A stretch of DNA of 64,000 bases from Chitinophagaceae bacterium (GTDB lineage: Bacteria > Bacteroidota > Bacteroidia > Chitinophagales > Chitinophagaceae): NCBI GenBank assembly GCA_947454715.1, contig CANGMZ010000002.1:676-64675 (forward strand). The letters are read 5' to 3'. The position numbers and the translations under genes are program-made. The notes below the pieces were generated by a model. It ran no database searches. It was not told the DNA's origin and was given only the letters and a program-made list of their open reading frames with translations. Shown here piece after piece: positions 57,315 through 64,000 of the stretch. Each line of letters opens with the position of its first letter. The first letter of the stretch is position 1.

Positions 57315-60300
57315 ATGAAGAAAAATTTTGCTCTGTTTTCTTTAATCTGTTGCCTGATTTTAAGCGGATATTCGTCTTTCGCTCAAATGGTTGGCGACTG
57401 TGCCTTTCTGAAGGGGAAATTTTTGGAATTAGGTCTTGCCCCTAACGGTGCATTTGGTAGCACACGACCGGCTCCGGCAGGTTTTCACCCGGGGGCAGGG
57501 AATACCTTATATGATCCGGGTACAGCCACGTCATATTTTTCCGGTCAGGTAGGTTTTATAGCAGATCCTGCGATGGATGGATGGACTGTAGGTGCACCTG
57601 CAAAATTTGGAGATTTTTTCTTGCCGGGTAGTCCTCAGGAAGGGTGGAGTATACAAGTAGGTGGTGTGCAAAGTGATGCCTGGTTAATGAACCTTGCTTT
57701 TGCAGGTACAGGTTACACCGGTTCTTTATCCGGTACAACACTTTCATACAGTACATCAGGTAGTGTGCTTACGTCTGTTTGGCAAGGTGCTACAACCAAT
57801 CCTTTACAAATTACGCAAACAACACGATTTGATACCACAAAACTATATTTTACAGTTAATGTGAAAATCAGAAATACAGGTGGAGCCGTAGCTAATAACG
57901 TGTATTATTTAAGAACTCTTGATCCGGATAACGAAGAAGAGCAAACTTTCAGTTATTCAACCATCAATAATATTGCATTCCAGTTGCCAAATCCTCAAAA
58001 CAAGGTGATGGTAACAGCTAAAGGTGTTACTTATGCGTCTGCATTTTTGGGCTTAGGTACAAAAGATTGCCGTGCAAAGTGTTTTATTTTAGATCCCTAT
58101 ACACTTACACCCTATAATAATCTTGCAGCTTGTTATAATCAAACAACAACTTATACTTACGCATTAGGTGCAACAACTACAAGTGATAATGGTGTTGGGT
58201 TGGTATATAATTTAGGTAATATTGCAGCCGGTGATAGTGCTGATTTAACATTTGCTTACGTTATGAGACAAGCAGATTTGGATAGTGCATTGAATGCAAC
58301 ATCTCCTGCTGTGATGGCAGGAAGTAATTTATTACTTCCGGGTGCTGATACGCTTAATGCATGCACTGCTACTGTCGATTCAGTGAGCTTAAGTATTGCA
58401 AACGGCGCTCCATATACTTGGACTTGGTCTCCTGCGTCTGGTCTTACCAGTACTACAGGAACTTCTACTGTTTTAGTTCTTTCTACTGTACCAGCTGTTA
58501 CTACTTATACTGTTATTGGTGTGCCAATCAGCGGTGCATTGTGTGGTAACGATACGTTTCATTTCACAGTTTTGCCAGGTACCAGTGCAGGTCCGGGAGT
58601 AACCAATCTTACTTATTGCCAATTTGCAGCTGCGCCGGCATTAACGGCTACGGGTGTTAATTTATTGTGGTATACAGCTGCTACAGGTGGTATTGGTTCT
58701 ACTACAGCCCCAACTCCAAATACAAATGTTCCCGGTGTATATACATGGTGGGTTTCCCAACACATTGGAATTTGTGGTGAAAGTGTACGTGTGCCTATAA
58801 CTGTTACCGTAAATTCTTTACCTACTGTACATGCTTCAAGTAATAGCCCGGTATGTCAATACAATACTTTATTATTGTATGCAACAGATACGATAACTGT
58901 TGTAACACCTACATTTAGTTGGGCAGGTCCCGGTGCGTTTACGAGTACCATGCAAAATCCGTCTATAACCAATGTGCCATTAACGGCATCAGGTTTATAT
59001 ACTGTTACAATTACACAAGCGGGTTGTACCGGAACAGATACAGTTAGGGTATTGATTAAAACAACACCTACTATTTCATCGATTACTCAGATTAACCCAA
59101 GTGCTTGTAACGTATCTGATGGTTCATTCACTTTGATTGGATTGACTCCTGATTCAGTTTATACTGTGAACTATCTATATAATGGTACACCAGTTTCAGT
59201 AACTGCTACTGCTACTGCAATAGGTCAGATTACAATTAGTGGATTGCATGCAGGTCTATACAGTAACATTTATGTTATTGGTACAAATGGTTGCCCTTCC
59301 AATACTGTGACCGCAACATTGCCTGATGGTGCAGGTCCTGCTGCTCCAATTCTTACAAGTAATGCTCCAATTTGTGCTGATAGCACGTTGTATTTGTATG
59401 CTACGTCTACTGATACCGGAATTACTTATCACTGGTCAGGCCCGGGTGGTTTTACTTCTACAGCACAAAACCCAGTTAGAACAGGTGTGAATGTTTCTGC
59501 ATCAGGTACTTACAACTGTATAATTACCAGAACAGCAACAGGTTGTAGCTCTCTAGCAGGCAGTATTAATATTGTGATTAAGCCAACGCCATCTGTGCCT
59601 GTTATTACAAGCAATAGTCCGGTATGTACTGGTACTACGCTTACATTATCAGCATCGTCAGTTCCGTCAGGTTCTAGCTTTAACTGGAGTGGTCCGTCAT
59701 ATTTTACATCTTCATTTACAAGTCCGTCTATAAATCCTGCTGATGTAACTAACTCAGGTATGTATACTGCAGTTGCAACACTTAATGGTTGCCCTTCATT
59801 GCCTGGTTATTATACAGCTACAGTTAATCCTTTACCTGCTCCGCCAGTAACAAATGATGTTGCTTATTGCCAATATGATTTGGCTGTCCCTGTAACCGCT
59901 ACAGGTTCAAATATCTTGTGGTATGTAGCAGGTAGTACAGCGGGTACATCTGTTGCTCCTATTCCATCTACATTGGTTCCGGGTGTTGTTACTTACTATG
60001 CTACGCAGACAGTATTGGGCTGCCAAGGTAGTGCTGCTCCATTATATGTGACAACAAAGGTGAAACCAGTTGTTGAGATTACACCAACTGCAGGTACAGT
60101 TTGCCAGAGCGATACTGTTCAGTATATGTCGACCGGTGTTGCATATCCTGGTGCCTCATATTTATGGCAATTACCTGTGGGTGCTTCTTTCGCTTATGGT
60201 AGTGACTCTGTGCAAGGTCCGGTAGGTATACAATTTGATTCTACTTATTCACGTACTGTATCTCTTACCGTTACTTACAATGGATGTAGTACTACTGCCA

Positions 60301-61118
60301 TAAATAGTATATATGTAGTGCCTACACCAACATTGAGTCTGTATATTAATCCAAATGCTTGTGTTGGAGATACTTTAACTTTGGCTTTGGCAAGCACCAC
60401 CTACCATCCGGCAATAGGTAATTATGTATGGAATTTTGGTGGTGGTACAATCATTACGGGTAGTTCTAGTGATGGTGGTCCTTATTCAATAGCATGGTAC
60501 ACCCCTGGTGTTTATGTTGTACATGTTACCGGTTATACAGCTCAGAGTACTTGTCCTTCACAGTCAATGTATGATACGATTCGTGTGCATGCAGCACCTG
60601 TAGCTACATTCACTGGTGGCACAATAGCATGCAATGGAGATACTGTAACATTAGTTGCGACTGTAAATGACCCAACATTCACATATACATGGGCACCTGC
60701 ACCATTCTTTACTGGTCTTGGTTCAGTAAATGCACATACTGCTGTTGCAGATATAATGTTCCCGGGTTACGTATCATTAACTGTTACTGATCCATTCGGA
60801 TGTCAATCTTCAGATAGTCTGTTGTATAGTCCTAGCGAATGCTGTCTTATTTCTTTTCCATCGGCATTTACGCCTAATGGAGATGGTCATAATGACTATT
60901 TCAGACCAATAACTGCGGGACATCATACATTGAGTGCATTCAGAGTTGTTAATCGTTGGGGTACAACAGTTTATGAAACTACAACCACCGATACTCAGGG
61001 ATGGGATGGTACTTATGGTGGTACGCCTCAAGATATGGGTACTTACTATTACTTCATCAGATATACGTGTGGTGGACATACTACGGAAGAAAGTGGTAGT
61101 TTGACCTTGATAAGATAA
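57315..61118 (+). CDS. Large adhesin-like surface protein with Ig-like repeats and T9SS type B (CHU_C) C-terminal domain
   Basis: Signal peptide, Thr/Gly-rich repeats (YCQ..TATG..LWY x2; SN[SA]P[VI]C..WxGP x3), C-terminal FPSAFTPNGDGHNDYF..NRWG..WDG..G.YYY..LIR. Confidence 0.92.
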   Translation: MKKNFALFSLICCLILSGYSSFAQMVGDCAFLKGKFLELGLAPNGAFGSTRPAPAGFHPGAGNTLYDPGTATSYFSGQVGFIADPAMDGWTVGAPAKFGDFFLPGSPQEGWSIQVGGVQSDAWLMNLAFAGTGYTGSLSGTTLSYSTSGSVLTSVWQGATTNPLQITQTTRFDTTKLYFTVNVKIRNTGGAVANNVYYLRTLDPDNEEEQTFSYSTINNIAFQLPNPQNKVMVTAKGVTYASAFLGLGTKDCRAKCFILDPYTLTPYNNLAACYNQTTTYTYALGATTTSDNGVGLVYNLGNIAAGDSADLTFAYVMRQADLDSALNATSPAVMAGSNLLLPGADTLNACTATVDSVSLSIANGAPYTWTWSPASGLTSTTGTSTVLVLSTVPAVTTYTVIGVPISGALCGNDTFHFTVLPGTSAGPGVTNLTYCQFAAAPALTATGVNLLWYTAATGGIGSTTAPTPNTNVPGVYTWWVSQHIGICGESVRVPITVTVNSLPTVHASSNSPVCQYNTLLLYATDTITVVTPTFSWAGPGAFTSTMQNPSITNVPLTASGLYTVTITQAGCTGTDTVRVLIKTTPTISSITQINPSACNVSDGSFTLIGLTPDSVYTVNYLYNGTPVSVTATATAIGQITISGLHAGLYSNIYVIGTNGCPSNTVTATLPDGAGPAAPILTSNAPICADSTLYLYATSTDTGITYHWSGPGGFTSTAQNPVRTGVNVSASGTYNCIITRTATGCSSLAGSINIVIKPTPSVPVITSNSPVCTGTTLTLSASSVPSGSSFNWSGPSYFTSSFTSPSINPADVTNSGMYTAVATLNGCPSLPGYYTATVNPLPAPPVTNDVAYCQYDLAVPVTATGSNILWYVAGSTAGTSVAPIPSTLVPGVVTYYATQTVLGCQGSAAPLYVTTKVKPVVEITPTAGTVCQSDTVQYMSTGVAYPGASYLWQLPVGASFAYGSDSVQGPVGIQFDSTYSRTVSLTVTYNGCSTTAINSIYVVPTPTLSLYINPNACVGDTLTLALASTTYHPAIGNYVWNFGGGTIITGSSSDGGPYSIAWYTPGVYVVHVTGYTAQSTCPSQSMYDTIRVHAAPVATFTGGTIACNGDTVTLVATVNDPTFTYTWAPAPFFTGLGSVNAHTAVADIMFPGYVSLTVTDPFGCQSSDSLLYSPSECCLISFPSAFTPNGDGHNDYFRPITAGHHTLSAFRVVNRWGTTVYETTTTDTQGWDGTYGGTPQDMGTYYYFIRYTCGGHTTEESGSLTLIR

Positions 61119-61138
61119 TCTATTAATTGTGAGTTATT

Positions 61139-61173
61139 AAAGTGGGTAATCGTTAATGATTACCCACTTTTTT
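61139..61173 (+). terminator. Intrinsic terminator
   Basis: AAAGTGGGTAATC / GATTACCCACTTT plus T run. Confidence 0.7.
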
Positions 61174-61262
61174 ATGTCTTATTACTAACATTTTCTTTTA
61201 ATGCTCCGTCATAATAATTACAGAGCACTTCAAATTATTTTATACTATTTAAAAACAATAAC

Positions 61263-63083
61263 ATGAAAAAGCTATTTACCTTACTCTTTGCATTGGTAGT
61301 TACGCATTTAGCTGTTGGACAATGCACGCCAACATTTACTTATGCACCTGCACCTTATGGTTCAAGTTTGCTAAATGTTGATTTTACCAATACAACTGCA
61401 TTCACCCCGGCTTCTGGGCAAACAGTTACTTACCAATTGTATTCCCCAACAACCGGTTGGATGTATATGTATGGTTCTGCATCTATTGATTTTACAGCAC
61501 CAGGTAGTTATATGGTGTATATGACTATGTCGTTAAGTGATTCGTTATTAGGAACTACTTGCAGTGGTGTAGATTCGCAGTTGGTTACTGTTGCTTATCC
61601 TACTTGCGGAACGCTGGTAAATGCAACAGTAGTATCTTCAAGTACTTCAGCTGATGTTATTGATTTTTCTTCGTCAACTCCATCTGGCGCAACTGTTACA
61701 TCTTATTTGTGGGATTTTGGTGATGGTACATCAAGCACTCTGGCAACACCAACGCACACCTACACTGGTGTAGGTACTTATACTGCTACTTTAACTATTA
61801 CTGCGGCCGGTTGCACATACACCAATTCAGTTAATATCGCTTCTACTGTGGTGGATTGTGCATTAAATTCTGCTAATTTTACAATCGATGCATCAGGGTA
61901 TTATTATGCTATAAATACACCGCCTAATCCTTATCAAATGGTCAATTATTCTTGGGATTTTGGTGATGGTACTACAAGTGTATATGGCTCAGGATATCAT
62001 ACTTACGCTGCAAGCGGAATATATACAGTTACGCTAACAGTTAACTGGGTTGATTCGCTTTCAGGAACAGTACAGTGCTCTACAACTGTATCTAGTGGTA
62101 TTTCAATAGTTGTGGTTCCTCCTGTTACAAATCGTATATCAGGTAATGTATTTTTTCCGGGAACTGCTCCTGCTGACTCTTCAGTAATTTCTTCTTGCAA
62201 AGTATGGTTGATAAAACACAATCCAGGAACAATGATACTAGAGGCCGTTGACTCAACAAATATCGGTGTATACAATGGTGCTTATTACGAGTTTATTGAC
62301 GAGCCTGCCGGAGCATATAGAGTGAAGGTGGCGGTTCAATATATTTTGCCAACAGTATATGGTTATGCGCCAACTTATCATGACAGTTCGCTGATGTGGA
62401 GTTCCGCTACTGTTATCAATCATGCATCTGGTCTTGATGATAATAACTATGTATATATGCTTTCCGGTACTGTGCCAACAGGCTCAGGATTTATAGGAGG
62501 AAATGTGACTACAGGTGCAAACAAGGGTACAACAAGTACAGTGCCTGCTGTTGGTTTGTTAGTATATGCTGTAGATGCGGCAACAAATAAAGCAGTACAA
62601 TCTGTAGTTACTGATGCCAGCGGTAATTATTCATTCAGCAATTTGCCTTATGGTACATATTATGTGCATCCTGAGTTGATTAACTATGTAACAACCAATT
62701 ACACAGGTATTACCATATCAGCGGCAACACCATCAATGACTACTGCCGGCTTTAAGGAACATACAATATCACATACTATAACGCCTGTGCCTGTTGGTAT
62801 AGCTAGTGTCAGCTCTGGAGTGACAGGTGTAACTGTATTTCCAAATCCGGTTCAGGGTAAGCTAAATATCGGATATAATATTGTGCAGGCAGAAGAAGCT
62901 GCTATAGTAATAACTGATGTTTCAGGAAAGGAAGTTTATAATACAATTATGAATTTCAAGCCGGGTACAGTGGGTACAGGAAGTCTGGCTATTGATGTAT
63001 CTGCACTTGCTGATGGACTCTATATTTTAAAAGTAAAATCAGTGTCTATCAACTATACTAACAAGGTACAAATTGTGCATTAG
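61263..63083 (+). CDS. PKD-domain protein with T9SS type A C-terminal domain
   Basis: YLWDFGDG and YSWDFGDG PKD motifs, SdrD/CarboxypepD-like segment (TDASGNYSFSNLPYGTY), C-terminal VFPNP..TDVSGKEV..GLYILKV. Confidence 0.92.
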   Translation: MKKLFTLLFALVVTHLAVGQCTPTFTYAPAPYGSSLLNVDFTNTTAFTPASGQTVTYQLYSPTTGWMYMYGSASIDFTAPGSYMVYMTMSLSDSLLGTTCSGVDSQLVTVAYPTCGTLVNATVVSSSTSADVIDFSSSTPSGATVTSYLWDFGDGTSSTLATPTHTYTGVGTYTATLTITAAGCTYTNSVNIASTVVDCALNSANFTIDASGYYYAINTPPNPYQMVNYSWDFGDGTTSVYGSGYHTYAASGIYTVTLTVNWVDSLSGTVQCSTTVSSGISIVVVPPVTNRISGNVFFPGTAPADSSVISSCKVWLIKHNPGTMILEAVDSTNIGVYNGAYYEFIDEPAGAYRVKVAVQYILPTVYGYAPTYHDSSLMWSSATVINHASGLDDNNYVYMLSGTVPTGSGFIGGNVTTGANKGTTSTVPAVGLLVYAVDAATNKAVQSVVTDASGNYSFSNLPYGTYYVHPELINYVTTNYTGITISAATPSMTTAGFKEHTISHTITPVPVGIASVSSGVTGVTVFPNPVQGKLNIGYNIVQAEEAAIVITDVSGKEVYNTIMNFKPGTVGTGSLAIDVSALADGLYILKVKSVSINYTNKVQIVH

Positions 63084-63109
63084 TTGTAAATAATGTAAAA
63101 GATGTTTTT

Positions 63110-63145
63110 CAATAAGCAGGAGCAGCAAGCTGTTCCTGCTTATTG
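63110..63145. terminator. Bidirectional terminator
   Basis: CAATAAGCAGGAGCAGC / GCTGTTCCTGCTTATTG. Confidence 0.7.
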
Positions 63146-63154
63146 TTTTATATA

Positions 63155-63628
63155 TTATGAATGATGGTAAGGGGAATTATTCAAGATACTAAATGCCCTA
63201 TAGACCTGCTCGGCTGTAATTAGTCGCACCATCTGGTGGGGGAATACTAAATTAGACAAAGACCAACACTGATTAGCCCGTTGTTTAACCGCATCAGTAA
63301 CGCCAAATGCGCCACCAATAAGAATAACTAAGGTTTTTACACCCTGGTTCATGCACTGTTGAAACTGTTGTGCCCATTGAGGAGAGGTTAACATCTTGCC
63401 CCGCTCATCGAGTAATATAAGGTAATGGTGAGGTTGTAATTTTTTGAGCAGCATTTCCTCCTCTTGTAGTTTTGTGCGGGCAATATCTGTGGTTGCAGCT
63501 TTTTTAGGGATTTGCAATACCACAAGTTCTACCGGGTTCCATGGCTTAGTTTTTTGGAAGTAATAAGTGAGCCCTTCGTTGATGAAAGAATCACTTTCCC
63601 TGCCTATAGACCAGATCTCAATATTCAT
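63155..63628 (-). CDS. rlmH: 23S rRNA pseudouridine-1915 N3-methyltransferase
   Basis: LLDERGK, LIGGAFG, SLSNLVFPHQMVRL..EQVYRA..PYHH. Confidence 0.96.
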   Translation of the reverse strand: MNIEIWSIGRESDSFINEGLTYYFQKTKPWNPVELVVLQIPKKAATTDIARTKLQEEEMLLKKLQPHHYLILLDERGKMLTSPQWAQQFQQCMNQGVKTLVILIGGAFGVTDAVKQRANQCWSLSNLVFPHQMVRLITAEQVYRAFSILNNSPYHHS

Positions 63629-63699
63629 TGTTACAGATTATTTTTAAAAATCTTTGATATTTTTTGAAGAATTATTTTGTAAAAGTACATCTTGTTTTA

Positions 63700-63707
63700 T
63701 ATCTTTG
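63700..63707 (+). promoter_or_regulatory. -7 promoter box TATCTTTG of tRNA-Arg
   Basis: Consensus match 18 nt upstream of the tRNA. Confidence 0.65.
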
Positions 63708-63725
63708 CACTCCCAAACAGGGAAT

Positions 63726-63799
63726 GGCTGCGTAGCTCAACTGAATAGAGCATCTCACTACGGATGAGAAGGTTTCAGGTTTGAATCCTGACGCGGTCA
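63726..63799 (+). tRNA. tRNA-Arg (anticodon ACG)
   Basis: Acceptor GGCTGCG/CGCGGTC, anticodon arm TCTCA-CTACGGA-TGAGA, T-arm CAGGTTTGAATCCTG. Confidence 0.95.
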
Positions 63800-63823
63800 C
63801 TTGAATACCAACAGTATAGCACG

Positions 63824-63854
63824 AATCCCCGCAAATCAAGTATTTGCGGGGATT
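63824..63854 (+). terminator. Hairpin after tRNA-Arg
   Basis: AATCCCCGCAAAT / ATTTGCGGGGATT plus T run. Confidence 0.7.
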
Positions 63855-63870
63855 TTTGTTTTTCCATAAT

Positions 63871-63945
63871 CCCACTTTAGCCCACTTTATGTCGCTTTTA
63901 GGTTCCATTTTCCTTCACCAAAATTTTCACCTTCACCAAAATTTT
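63871..63945 (+). repeat. Two tandem direct-repeat pairs, candidate integrase arm-type sites
   Basis: CCCACTTTA at 63871 and 63881; CCTTCACCAAAATTTT at 63912 and 63930. Confidence 0.7.
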
Positions 63946-63950
63946 AGAAG

Positions 63951-64000
63951 ATGGCCACCATTACAATTTATCCAAGGACAGACAAGAAAAGTAGAAAAAC
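63951..64000 (+). mobile_element. Start of a probable tyrosine integrase (arm-binding N-terminus), cut by the window edge
   Basis: MATITIYPRTDKKSRK resembles Bacteroidota integrase N-termini and lies just 3' of a tRNA with tandem repeats. Only 16 codons are visible. Confidence 0.55.

Noticed and set aside
63672-63908. 78-aa minus-strand ORF
   Set aside because: It is the antisense of tRNA-Arg and its flanks.
1-64000. CRISPR array, rRNA, IS transposase
   Set aside because: No regularly spaced repeat-spacer series, rRNA-like segment or DDE/HUH transposase motif was seen.

Overview
A 64-kb chromosomal segment of a Bacteroidota bacterium, probably Chitinophagales-like. This is inferred from repeated TAnnTTTG -7 promoter boxes, T9SS type A and type B sorting domains, and the panC / glycogen-synthase-like / DUF4270 / glmS / metK block. 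Most of it is housekeeping and envelope genes (era, tcdA, moaA, ccmC/D, gdhA, tdk, panC, glmS, metK, pdxH, deoC, icd, rlmH), plus two tRNAs (Leu-GAG 8007-8091, Arg-ACG 63726-63799) and three T9SS-secreted proteins. I saw no CRISPR array, rRNA or transposase. Four accessory or unusual spots stand out. (1) A defence-like islet at the left edge: a solo terminase-small-subunit-like gene, an N-terminally truncated HpaII-family nuclease and a COG3440-type HNH nuclease, with no methyltransferase in view. (2) Two nucleotidyltransferase toxin-antitoxin-like cassettes behind tRNA-Leu, bounded by copies of a 26-bp piece of the tRNA terminator; one copy cuts the HepT toxin gene. (3) A K+ module in which a short KdpD-like kinase and KdpE sit upstream of Kup and an outer-membrane porin instead of KdpFABC, with a KdpE-box-like repeat in the promoter. 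(4) The probable start of an integrated element at tRNA-Arg at the right edge. All family calls come from motif recognition by eye; no database search was run.
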